DNA from: an uncultured SAR86 cluster bacterium
GTDB taxonomy: Bacteria > Pseudomonadota > Gammaproteobacteria > Magnimaribacterales > D2472
Direction of reading: 5' to 3'
NCBI GenBank assembly: GCA_943789005.1
Contig: CALSSL010000002.1
Location: 27,015 to 91,014, forward strand
Length of the DNA: 64,000 bases
Position 1 is the first letter of the stretch. Each line of letters begins with the position of its first letter. The notes under the pieces are model-generated. The model did not search any database and was not told the DNA's origin. It worked only from the letters and a program-made list of their open reading frames with translations. Of this stretch, positions 21,535 through 31,936 are shown one piece after another. The translations under genes were made by a program, and so were the position numbers.

Positions 21535-22015
21535 TTTTATTTATTGTGATCTTTTGAGTATATTCATTAAGAAAAATATTAATTATGCCGCCTGAGTTTT
21601 CTCCAGAAGGATAGAATATTATCAAAGGAATATTTTTATCATAGTTTTGAAAATCAATAATAGCTCCATCAAATGATTTAAAGGTTTTTTTATATTCTGA
21701 AAAATCATCCCAATTTAAAGAATACGGATTATCTATATCTTTGATATTAATATTTTTATAATCTAAAAAATAAGAAAATTCATCTTTATTATTTGCATGC
21801 CATCCAATTATATTTCCTGTAACAATGCTCTCTTCAGTAAGAAAATCAAAAGCATTCTTAAATGAAGATTGATTTTTTGATATTGAGGTAGCTGTACTAA
21901 AATTTAAAAAAATTAATGATGAAGCTATACCAATTACTATTAGTACTACTAATATCTCTATGAGAGTAAAGCCCTTAGATAACTTATTCCATCCAATTTC
22001 CGATGTCAGTGTCAT
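21500..22015 (-). CDS. gspH: T2SS minor pseudopilin H
   Basis: GFTLIEILVVL, IIFYPSGE; start at MTLTSEIG overlapping the gspG end. Confidence 0.85.
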   Translation of the reverse strand: MTLTSEIGWNKLSKGFTLIEILVVLIVIGIASSLIFLNFSTATSISKNQSSFKNAFDFLTEESIVTGNIIGWHANNKDEFSYFLDYKNINIKDIDNPYSLNWDDFSEYKKTFKSFDGAIIDFQNYDKNIPLIIFYPSGENSGGIINIFLNEYTQKITINKNGKIVSQIISY

Positions 22016-22412
22016 CACCAGTACCGCCCTCCATTCCATCTGCTCCTAGAGTATATAAATCAAATTTTTTTGATTTTCTTGGGGGATATTCATAAATATA
22101 TTCTCTACCCCACGGATCTATAGGAAGAGATGATATATAACCATCTTCTGGAAATAGATATGGATTTTTTAAAGCAGTGTTTGGAATGATAAGTGCCTCA
22201 AGGCCTTGAGAGGTTGATGGGTACTGTAATTCATTAAATTTGTACATTTCTAAGGCTTTTTCTGTTTGAGCCATGTCAGCCTTAATTTTTTCTAAATTAG
22301 CTCTTTGAAATACAGGTGCTACATTAACAACTACTATTGTTCCAAGAATCCCAAGTATAACTAAAACCGCCATTAGCTCTATCAATGTAAAACCTTTTTG
22401 ATGTTTCTTCAT
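21984..22412 (-). CDS. gspG: T2SS major pseudopilin G
   Basis: GFTLIELM, YPSTSQGLEAL, DPWGREY, LGADG, DIGNW. Confidence 0.95.
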   Translation of the reverse strand: MKKHQKGFTLIELMAVLVILGILGTIVVVNVAPVFQRANLEKIKADMAQTEKALEMYKFNELQYPSTSQGLEALIIPNTALKNPYLFPEDGYISSLPIDPWGREYIYEYPPRKSKKFDLYTLGADGMEGGTGDDTDIGNWME

Positions 22413-22415
22413 AAT

Positions 22416-23613
22416 TTATCCTAGAGAAAGAGTATTCATTTGCATTATCGGTATTAGTATAGCTAGAACTATTAACATTATAAATCCACCCATAAAAATA
22501 ATAACAAGCGGTTCTAAGAGTGATAGAAATATTGATCTTTTGGATTCAATTTCATTTTTTAAAAAGCTTGAGGCTTTATTAAACATTTTAATTAAGTTTC
22601 CTGACCTGTAACCGCTTGAAATAAGTTGAATAAAAATTTCTGGGAAAATACTTGCCTGGTTTAATGAATATACAAAATCCTTACCTTCTATCACATCATT
22701 TTTTAGCTTCCATTACCATACTATATAAATACTTGTTATTTAAAACTTTTGCTGATTCAGTCAAAGCTGTATCTAGATTAGATCCAGACTCCATAATTAA
22801 AGCCATTGTGCTTGAAAATCTTTCAATTTCTGAAACTAATATAAAATTACCCGCAAGAGGAATTTTTAATAATTGCTTGTGTGCTGAGATGTGATTGTTT
22901 ATCTTAGAGATATACCTTTTATAGATAAATGATACGGTCGCAACTACAAACAATATTGCTAAAAGAATAATAAATATATTATTTGATAGGCCTAGTAACA
23001 ACTTTGTTATTAGTGGTAATTCAACTCCAGCCTTAATGAATTGGCTTATTACTTGAGGTAATACAAAAACCAATAATGCTATTATAACTATTATTGAAAA
23101 ACCTATTAATATAAAAGGATATGTTAATGCTGAAAAAACTTTTTGACGAATGGAGGCACTTTCTTCAAGATAGTCTGCTAACTTACTAAATATAGTATCT
23201 AAACTTCCAGATGAATCACCTGCAGTAATTAAAGATGAGTATGTATTATCAAATACACTAGGATATTTCATCATTGATTGACCAAGTCTTTTTCCTTGAA
23301 CAACATCCTCTCTAAGGCTATATAAGATATTAATTAAATCTTTATTATTTAATTGATCTGCTGTAATTTTTAATGCATCTACTATTGAAGTATTTGCTTC
23401 TAAAAGTGTTGCAATTTGTCTTGTCATAATTACTACATCTTTATTTTTAACTTTAGATTTTATCCCTTTTAGGCCATGAGATTCAATTACATTAATAGGG
23501 GTAAGATTGAGTTCTTTTATAAACTTTCTTGCCTCTCTTTCAGATTGTGCGCTAAGAACTCCTTTTTTCTTTTTACCGGCATTGTCAGAGCTGCTATAGT
23601 TAAATGTTGACAT
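22416..23613 (-). CDS. gspF: T2SS inner-membrane platform protein F (frameshift near 22696)
   Basis: TRQIATLL, AGDSSGSL, SALTYP, LLEPLVIIFMGG, AILIPI. Confidence 0.9.
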
Positions 23614-25103
23614 CTTCTTTAAGATTTCCAACTCTTATTAGCTCTTCGCAGAGAGTTAGTACCATTTTTTAATAATTCCAAAGATGCATCATCAATTGAT
23701 TGATTTTCTTTAAATACATGGTTTGCTATTGCATTTTCTGATGCATTGTTATGAATTAATTCCTTTAATTCTTTGTCAACCTGTATGCATTCAGCAATAG
23801 CGATTCTTCCTTGATAGCCTGTATGAGAGCATGAACGACATCCAGATGATCTCCATACTTTTTGCGATGAATCCAAACTAAATAATTTTTGTGTCTTGAG
23901 TGGATGCTGCTCTCTTCTTTTTTGCAATCTAAACACAATCTTCTTACAAGTCTTTGCGATATTATTGTTCTTAAGGCTAGATGCTAACAGAAATGATTCA
24001 ATACCCATATCTCGCAATCTTGTAATTGCTGCAATAGCACTATTGGTATGAACTGTTGATAGTACTAAATGACCTGTTAAGCTTGCCTGTATACCAATCT
24101 GAGCGGTCTCTACATCCCTCATCTCACCAACCATTACCACATCTGGATCTTGTCTTAGAATAGCTCTTAAACCTTTTGCAAAAGTGTAGCCTGTTTTAGT
24201 ATTTACTTGTGTTTGTCCAATCCCGTTCAAAGTGTATTCAATCGGGTCCTCTACTGTAAGTATATTTTGAGACGAATCACTTAAGTATCTTAGGCCTGCA
24301 TATAAAGTGGTTGTTTTTCCAGAACCAGTAGGACCTGTAAATAAAATTATGCCCTCAGGATTTTTTAGTGATGACTTGTAATTTGAGAGTATTTTAGATG
24401 GTAATCCTAAATCTTCTATATTTATTTGGGCAGATTGTTTATCGAGAAGTCTTAAAACGACCCTTTCTCCATATGATGAAGGAAGAGTAGAAACTCTGAC
24501 ATCAACACTTTTATCACCCAATGATAGAGACACTCTTCCATCTTGAGGAAGCCTTCTTTCTGATATATCTAATCCTGAAATAATTTTTATTCTTGATATT
24601 AAAACAGATGATATTTTACTATCTTGTGATAAAACTTCTCTAAGAATTCCATCCACCCTAAAACGAACAATAATTCTTTCTTCGTATGGCTCAAAATGTA
24701 TATCTGATGCTTTAGCTTTAATTGCTTGACTTATAACACCATTAATTAACTTTATTATGGGTGTATCATTCGAACCACTTAAAAGATCTTCAGTGGCAGA
24801 GATAGATCCGGCAAAAGTTTGTAAATCAAATTCATCTGATAGTTCTTCAGATATATCATTAGAAGCATCTTCAATACTAAAGGTGTTAGTTAATAATTCA
24901 TTAAATTTAGATGTATTGCACGTGGTTAGAAGAAAATCAGTTTTTAAAAATTTATGTATCTCATGATATAAATCAGGTGAAATTTTAATTGGAGAAATAA
25001 CTTCAAAGCCATCTGAAGTTTTTGTTGCTATAACTTGATTCTCTTTAACAAAATCATAGGGAAATATATTAAATCTATTTTGTCTTAATGAAATATCAGA
25101 CAT
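23600..25103 (-). CDS. gspE: T2SS ATPase E (indels in 3' part)
   Basis: ASDIHFEP, RRLPQDGR, GPTGSGKTTT, TVEDPIE, LRQDPDV, SLTGHLV. Confidence 0.95.
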
Positions 25104-25110
25104 GATTTTA

Positions 25111-26967
25111 TCAATCTTTAGATTCAGTTAAATCAATTAATTCCGTTGATTCACCTGTTAGAATTTGTTTTGCTTTTATATAATTATATTTTTCATTAGA
25201 GGTTGCGTTTGCTGAAGCAGAATCAATAATTATTGTTGGTCTAAGGAAAACCATCAAGTTTTTCTTAACAGTTGTCGATGATGATGATTGAAATAACCTA
25301 CCCAAAACAGGTATCGAGCCTAATAATGGCACCTTCGAAATACTATCTTGCGTGTCCTCATCAACAAGACCGCCTAGAACAATAATCTGATTATTATCTA
25401 CCAATGCTGTTGTCTCAATAGCTCTTTTATTAGTGATAATATCTATTCCACTCATAGGCACTCCAGCAACCCCAGATACTTCAATTTTAATCTGCAGTAC
25501 AACTGAACTTCCTTCATTTATTTGTGGAGTGACTTCAAGTTTAATACCAACCTCTTCTCTTGAGGTGGTTCTAAAGGGATTAGAGTTATTTGTACCTAAA
25601 CTTTCACCGGTTGTGATTGGTATTTCTTGTCCAATAATTGATGTTGCAAGTTCATTATCCATTGCCAATATTGATGGTGTTGAGAGAATGTTAGAATTTG
25701 AGTCTTGAGCAATAGCATTAATAATACCTACAAAATTATCTTTACCTGGAGTTAAATCACCAAAACCAGCTATTAGACCTTGGGTATTTAATAGTGATGC
25801 GGATGCTGCTGTTGATAAAGTTACATCAGTGGAGTCTGCTGCAGATCCGACGATAGAAAGTAAATCAGGACCAGACCCCCCAAATCTTGTTACTCCAATT
25901 GGAATACTGTCTTTATCGGTGCCATTAAAGATAGTCTCAATACCAAGACTTTTGGCTGCAGTTTCTGAAAGTTCTACTATAATTGCTTCAACTAATACCT
26001 GAGCCCTTCTGATATCTAGCTGAGAAATAATATTCCTAATTGTTCCAAGGTTAGATTCTGCTGATGATATTATAAGAGAGTTAGTTGGTACATGATGTGT
26101 GATTACAGTTTTAGCGCCGTCAGCATCTGGCGGGAAACCGCCAGAAATTGAATTTAAAATAGACGATATATCATCAGACTTTGCATACTTTAAATAAATA
26201 ACATCAATTGAATCATTAGATCTAATATCTCCATCAAGAGATTTTAATGTTTCTTTTATATTGGAGGTTACAAACTCATTAGCAGAAACAATTACTGAAT
26301 TAGAAGGGCTAAATGGAATAGCAATAAATTTATTTATTGTTGGATTGTTTTGTGCCTTTAATTTGTCTAATATTCTAACCGCCTCTATTGATGATAAGTT
26401 TTCAAGTTTTATTATAGAAATTTTAGCGGTATTATTTTTATCAAGATCCTTGATCAAACTCTTAATCCTATCAAGGTTGCTTATCCTATCTACCAATAAG
26501 ATGGAATTAATTGAAGGGATGCTAGATAAATGAGACTGTCTTCCAGTAATCGGTTTAATCATTGGTAATATTTCTTCCGTAGATCTATTTATTAGAGGTA
26601 TAACAAGAGTTTGGTAGTCTCCTGAAGACATAGATAACAGACTATCATCTCTTGTGGCTTCATTTTCAGGGACAACTCTAACAAAGCCTTCTTCAACAAT
26701 AGCACTAAAACCATTTACCTGAATTGTCCTTAAATAAACATCCCATACCTGCTTTCTGTTTAAATTTGCATTTGAATAAATCGTTACTCTTCCCTTTACC
26801 CTAGGATCAAGAATAATTGTTTTTTTAGAAAACTGAGCAATATCTTGGGTTACTTTAGTAATATCAACATCTTCATAATTTAGGATAAAAGAATCTTGAG
26901 AGTAAAGTGAATTAATATTTCCAATGGAAAACATTAATACTAGTAAAATTTTATTAAAAGTTTGCAT
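25111..26967 (-). CDS. gspD: T2SS secretin D
   Basis: IILDPRVKG, LDIRRAQVLVEAIIVE, VTPQINEG, SKVPLLGSIP, NLMVFLRP. Confidence 0.95.
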   Translation of the reverse strand: MQTFNKILLVLMFSIGNINSLYSQDSFILNYEDVDITKVTQDIAQFSKKTIILDPRVKGRVTIYSNANLNRKQVWDVYLRTIQVNGFSAIVEEGFVRVVPENEATRDDSLLSMSSGDYQTLVIPLINRSTEEILPMIKPITGRQSHLSSIPSINSILLVDRISNLDRIKSLIKDLDKNNTAKISIIKLENLSSIEAVRILDKLKAQNNPTINKFIAIPFSPSNSVIVSANEFVTSNIKETLKSLDGDIRSNDSIDVIYLKYAKSDDISSILNSISGGFPPDADGAKTVITHHVPTNSLIISSAESNLGTIRNIISQLDIRRAQVLVEAIIVELSETAAKSLGIETIFNGTDKDSIPIGVTRFGGSGPDLLSIVGSAADSTDVTLSTAASASLLNTQGLIAGFGDLTPGKDNFVGIINAIAQDSNSNILSTPSILAMDNELATSIIGQEIPITTGESLGTNNSNPFRTTSREEVGIKLEVTPQINEGSSVVLQIKIEVSGVAGVPMSGIDIITNKRAIETTALVDNNQIIVLGGLVDEDTQDSISKVPLLGSIPVLGRLFQSSSSTTVKKNLMVFLRPTIIIDSASANATSNEKYNYIKAKQILTGESTELIDLTESKD

Positions 26968-26972
26968 ATTAT

Positions 26973-27374
26973 CTATTTATCCTTTTGTTTCTCAATTTTA
27001 TATATTTTTTGCCCTTGACGGAATAAGGCATCATTTTGATTTACTTCAACAAGCTCAAATGAACCTTCAAGAAAATCTCCAAGTGCAACAAGAAATTGAT
27101 TATTACCTTTTTTAACAATTACGGAAGAGTCTTGATTGCCAGACCTTATACCAATTAATTTATAATCAAATTCTACTTGGTTATTTTCGTCAACAAGAAA
27201 CTCATCTACTTTTGATGATGAAGAGTTAGTTTTAAAATCATTAAGATTTATGTTATCTAGTGTTAATATTTTTGGTTCATCCATATTAGAAGAAATAATT
27301 AAAAATATAATAAATACTAAAGGTAACATTAGTGTGGATAAAAATATTTTTTTTATAATTCTAAAATTTATCAT
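26973..27374 (-). CDS. gspC: T2SS protein C-like (TM + HR domain, no PDZ)
   Basis: N-terminal TM, YKLIGI...SSVIV...LGD; directly upstream of gspD. Confidence 0.7.
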   Translation of the reverse strand: MINFRIIKKIFLSTLMLPLVFIIFLIISSNMDEPKILTLDNINLNDFKTNSSSSKVDEFLVDENNQVEFDYKLIGIRSGNQDSSVIVKKGNNQFLVALGDFLEGSFELVEVNQNDALFRQGQKIYKIEKQKDK

Positions 27375-27450
27375 AAATATAAGAAATGATTGTAGCTCAT
27401 ATTAATAATAAAAAATAAATAAATTAACCCCTAATGAGACTATGGTACCT

Positions 27451-27473
27451 AGTTTATATTGGAAATATAAACT
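27451..27473. repeat. Perfect 10-bp inverted repeat after the small ORF
   Basis: AGTTTATATT-GGA-AATATAAACT. Confidence 0.6.
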
Positions 27474-27559
27474 TAATTTATGCCTGAAATTTTGATTACT
27501 TTATTTAGTCTCCCGGACTTCATGAAAGAATGAAATTTTTTCCAAATTGACTTTACCAT
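27473..27559 (-). CDS. Small 28-aa basic amphipathic peptide
   Basis: MVKSIWKKFHSFMKSGRLNKVIKISGIN; AAGGAG RBS 8 nt upstream; own sigma70-like promoter. Confidence 0.65.
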   Translation of the reverse strand: MVKSIWKKFHSFMKSGRLNKVIKISGIN

Positions 27560-27571
27560 TTTATGGGCTCC

Positions 27572-27614
27572 TTTATTACATAAATGAAACATTTATGTGA
27601 CATTTATGTGACAT
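27572..27614 (-). promoter_or_regulatory. Four tandem 11-bp Pho-box-like repeats
   Basis: ATGTCACATAA ATGTCACATAA ATGTTTCATTT ATGTAATAAA, right after phoR. Confidence 0.75.
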
Positions 27615-27641
27615 CATAAATCTTTAATATTTACTTGTAAA
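27613..27641 (-). promoter_or_regulatory. sigma70-like promoter
   Basis: TTTACA-17 nt-TATGAT. Confidence 0.6.
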
Positions 27642-27644
27642 GTT

Positions 27645-29405
27645 TTATTTTTTTACAGGCAAGGTAAACCAAAAAATACTTCCAGCATCTTTATTATTTA
27701 AAACACCAACTTCTCCATTTAAACTGTTTATTAAATTTTTAACGATAGCTAAACCCAGGCCACTTCCTTTATTATCAGAAGCTCTTGCTGCTGCAGTTCT
27801 ATAAAACCTATCAAATAAAAACTCTTGATCGTTTTTTGAAACTCCATCTCCTTCATCTGCGACCTCTACTTTAATGTATTCATGATTTTCGGTTGTTGAT
27901 ATATTAATTACCGAATTTTTTGGTGAATATTTAAATGCATTATCAATTAAATTATTCATAACTCTTTCAATTGATTGTTTATCAGCTTTTATAAGGCTTT
28001 TGTGATTAGATTTATAAACAATATCGATATGTTTTTTCATTGTTACACTTTTCATTGAGTGAATATATGACTCAATAAACTCATCTAAATTAATATCGAC
28101 TATATTTAGATTTAAGTCTCCATATTCAATTCTAGATAAATCAATTAAATCAGATACCATAGAAGTCAATCTCTCGGCATTATGAAGAATAGCCTTTGAA
28201 AATACCTTTGCATCTTTTTTATTCTCAAGAGCTCCATCTAACAAGGTTTCAGAATTTGCTCTTATTACGCTTACAGGTGTTCTTAATTCATGAGATAAAT
28301 TAGATATAAAATCTCTTCTCATTGAATTAAGCTGTCTTAGTTGTGTTATATCATGGAGAACAAGAATGAATTGACCGGTGGTCTTTGATTGATTCATTGA
28401 TCCTAACACCCATTTTGTATATCTTCTATTAATATGAATTTCGAATTCAATATCAGCTCTTTTTTTATTTTTAACCCTTTTAAATAAATAATTTAAAGCA
28501 GGAATATTAAAATTCTTTATATTTTCATTTATCAGGCTATCTATATTCAAAATAACTGAAGCTTGTTCATTTGTAAAAACAACATCTCCTGTTTTATTGG
28601 TAACTAATATACCCTCTCCTAAATCATCTAAAACAAGTCCAAACTGATCTCTTTGTTTAGCAATAATCTTGATTTGATTTTTTAAATTTTCAGATAATTG
28701 TGAAATTGATCTAGCAACGGTTCCAAATTCATCTACTCTTTGTGTTGGCAGTAATTTAATATTATCTTTCAGAGATTTGCCTTTGGATATACTTGCAGCA
28801 ACGTTTGCTAAATCTTGAATATTTGAATATAAATAATTAGCGGCAACTCCACTAGCAATAATAGAGACTATAAAAACTACTAAATAAAGAAGAATAAGGG
28901 ATAGGCCAAGAGTACCTGTAATATTTTCTAGATAGTTTAGAGGTACAGCTATTCTAATGATATTTGGATCTGGTTGTTGCATATCCTGGATAGCAAAATA
29001 TATTAAATCCTTATTAAGAGTGTTGCTGTATCTCGAGGACCATCCTGTTTTTAACTCAAGGGCTTCTATTACTTCTGATCTATTTCCATGGTTATCAATA
29101 GTTTCTATTTCTTCAGGGCTTAATTCTGAATCTCCAATAACAATACCGTTATTACTTATAAAAGTTACTCTTGAATTTGAGGCAATAGCAAACTTATCAG
29201 CAATAATATCTGCTTCTTGAATTGAATTGAATTTATTTAAATTATCAACAGATAAAACCAAAAGGTTGGCTTTTTTTTCTAGCTCATTAACTGTTTGTAA
29301 TTTTAAAGTATTTGTTAAGTCTCTTTCAGCAACAACATAAGTTATTGAGATGCTAATTGTTAGTAAGCAAAAAACAATTAAGAAAATTCGGGATCTTATT
29401 CCCAT
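27645..29405 (-). CDS. phoR: Phosphate regulon sensor kinase (long form: periplasmic sensor, HAMP, PAS)
   Basis: IDNHGNRSEV, DEFG, RRDFISNLSHELRTP, NLIDNAFKY, FDRFYR, GSGLGLAIVK; start moved to ATG 29405. Confidence 0.85.
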   Translation of the reverse strand: MGIRSRIFLIVFCLLTISISITYVVAERDLTNTLKLQTVNELEKKANLLVLSVDNLNKFNSIQEADIIADKFAIASNSRVTFISNNGIVIGDSELSPEEIETIDNHGNRSEVIEALELKTGWSSRYSNTLNKDLIYFAIQDMQQPDPNIIRIAVPLNYLENITGTLGLSLILLYLVVFIVSIIASGVAANYLYSNIQDLANVAASISKGKSLKDNIKLLPTQRVDEFGTVARSISQLSENLKNQIKIIAKQRDQFGLVLDDLGEGILVTNKTGDVVFTNEQASVILNIDSLINENIKNFNIPALNYLFKRVKNKKRADIEFEIHINRRYTKWVLGSMNQSKTTGQFILVLHDITQLRQLNSMRRDFISNLSHELRTPVSVIRANSETLLDGALENKKDAKVFSKAILHNAERLTSMVSDLIDLSRIEYGDLNLNIVDINLDEFIESYIHSMKSVTMKKHIDIVYKSNHKSLIKADKQSIERVMNNLIDNAFKYSPKNSVINISTTENHEYIKVEVADEGDGVSKNDQEFLFDRFYRTAAARASDNKGSGLGLAIVKNLINSLNGEVGVLNNKDAGSIFWFTLPVKK

Positions 29406-29409
29406 ATGC

Positions 29410-30103
29410 TTACTCGGGTATTCTTGAGAATTTATAACCAACACCTCTGATGGTTTGGACATACTTACCCATAGTACCAAGTTTTTCTCTTAATCTTTTT
29501 ATATGGGTGTCAACAGTTCTTGTAGTAACTTCAGCACTATACCCCCAAACATCTGAAAGTAGCTGATCTCTAGACTGTACTCTACCTCTTCTATCAACTA
29601 ATTGACGCAAAAGCTTAAATTCAAGTGCTGTTAAGTATAACTGTTCATTATTTACAAATACTTCATGGGAATCTGTGTCATTACATAAATCACCAAATTG
29701 TCTTTTTACTTCAAGGTTATCTGATTTTTACATCACTCTTTTTAATACTAGCTTTTACTCTTAATATAAGCTCTCTTACACTAAATGGTTTAGTAACATA
29801 ATCGTCAGCTCCAAGCTCAAAACCAACAACTTTATCAACCTCATCATCTTTTGCAGTAAGAATAATTATTGGTATTGATGAAAAAATTTTATCTGATTTA
29901 ATTTCTCGACATAAATCCAACCCAGATCCATCAGGTAACATTAGATCAAGAAGTATTAATGAAAAGGAGTTGGACTCTAAAGAATTTCTCCCCTCAGCCA
30001 GGGAGGAAGTTGAAATTACACCATATCCTTCCCTTGAAAGATTATATTCAAGAGTTTTGCGAATATCTGGCTCATCTTCAATGAGCAATATTTTTTTTGA
30101 CAT
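29410..30103 (-). CDS. phoB: OmpR/PhoB family response regulator (frameshift near 29740)
   Basis: Receiver IEDE..LDLMLP..GADDYVTKPFS plus winged helix RTVDTHIKRLREKL..TIRGVGY; Pho boxes and phosphate genes nearby. Confidence 0.82.
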
Positions 30104-30169
30104 ATAATAATTTAATTTTAATTCAACCTGTCTATTTATACTCTTTTTTTTTATAAAATAAGATTTTCT

Positions 30170-31856
30170 ATTATACATTTTAAATTCTTTTAAAAACTGT
30201 TCTCTAAGATTTGGTTTATCAAATTTTCCAGATCCAACTTTTGGAAGATTACTTGTACAAAATTTAATATTTACGGGTATTTTAAATGCAGCAAGCTTCG
30301 TGCTAAAAATGACTGGAGCTTCATCATGAGATAATGTCGATCTTCTCTTAAATAAATTGCTGCGCACAGAATCTCTCCAAGTCTTTCATCTGGTATCCCA
30401 AATACACATGCTTCTAAGAATATCTTTATGCTCATAGATTGCTGCCTTCAACTTCTGGACAAGCAATATTTTCACCACCTCTGATGACAATATCTTTTAC
30501 CCTATCCAATATATATAGAAAAGGTCCTTCAAACTTTCCAAGATCGCCAGATTTAAACCATCCATCATCACTCATACATTCTTTTGTAGCTTCAGGATTT
30601 TTCCAATAACAAATCATGTTTCCTAAAGACTTTATAGCAATCTCACCTACTTCACCCTCTTTAAGTTCATTCCAATTTTTATCTATAATTTTAATTTCTG
30701 TTAAAGGAGGGACAACTCTTCCTGTTGATTGAGGGTGATCAACATATTCATCTCCACTTCCAAGAGCTCCTAATGCATTTGTTTCTGAAAGACCATAACC
30801 AATACCAGGTCTAGCTTCGAATTCGGAATCAAGCTGTCTAACATGTTCTGCTGGTCTTGGTGCTCCGCCTGCACCAAGTGTCTTTAAAGATGAAAGGTCA
30901 TAATTTAGTCTCTCGGGATGATTTAATAACTCCCATGTTTGTGTTGGCACACCGGTAATATCTGATATTTTTTCTTGTTCTATCAGTTGCAATGCTATGC
31001 CTGCATCCCATTTTTTCATCATAACAATTTTGCGACCAACCAAAATAGACATAAACATGCCAGCATGGCTTCCCGTAACATGGAAAAGCGGAACACAAAG
31101 TAAAATTGCTGAAGCTTCTTCGAGCAAAGAAGAGGTGATTGGATTTTTTTGAGCATCAACTTCTTTCATAATAGAAGAAAAACATGCCCAGCTAAATACA
31201 GTTGATATTATTGCTTTTTGAGAAGACAGAACACCTTTTGGCTTCCCTGTAGATCCAGATGTGTAATAGATAGTTGCATGATCATTTCTACCAATGTCTA
31301 CTTCAGGAAATGAGGTTGAGTGTTCTTTAATAAAATCTGAAAAAGATTTAAATGAAGAGTCAGGAGTGTAAGTTGTTACAATTTTTTTAATATTTTCAAG
31401 AGATTCTAAGCCTTGCATTCTCTTTTTATCTGCAAATAAAAGTTTTGCATCTGAGTGCTCTAGACCGTATATAACCTCAGATGGGATCCACCAGGAATTA
31501 AGAGGAACACAAACCGCACCAATACCAACTATTCCTAAATATGCAAAAATAAATTCTGGATTATTCTGCATGCAAATTGCAACTTTATCTCCCTTCTTTA
31601 TGCCTTCTTTAATTAAAGCGTTTCCTGTCTGAGCGCTTTTTTCAAATACTTCTTTGTATGTATATCTTTCACCCTCATATACAAGACATTCTTTATCTGA
31701 ATGTAAAAGAGCAAAATCTAAATAACCTCTGATACTGTCTGGAAAATTGATATATTCATTAAATGTAACTCCAGAATCATTAACAACTTCTTTGGTTTCA
31801 AACATTTGACCAGGTGAAGTGAGTTGAGATAAAGTCTCTTGATATAAGTCTTTCAT
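30170..31856 (-). CDS. Long-chain acyl-CoA synthetase / class I adenylate-forming enzyme (indels in C-terminal domain)
   Basis: YTSGSTGKPKG, GYGLSET, GWFKSGD, DRVKDIVIRGGENI; C-terminal LAAFKIP..GSGKFDK lies in a shifted frame; 3' end approximate. Confidence 0.88.
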
Positions 31857-31936
31857 TAATAATGTATATAATTTATTTAAAAAAGTTATTATAGCTAAAC
31901 TTAAACTTTAGTATATTTTCTATAAGAAGTTTTATT

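Noticed and set aside
27572-27614. Tandem repeat as CRISPR or VNTR
   Set aside because: 11-bp units without spacers, no cas genes; better explained as PhoB-type boxes
29717-30367. Apparent fusion of an acyl-CoA synthetase C-terminal domain to the PhoB receiver (216-aa ORF)
   Set aside because: The region has several indels; the linker is low-complexity AT-rich intergenic DNA; PhoB has a normal start at 30103
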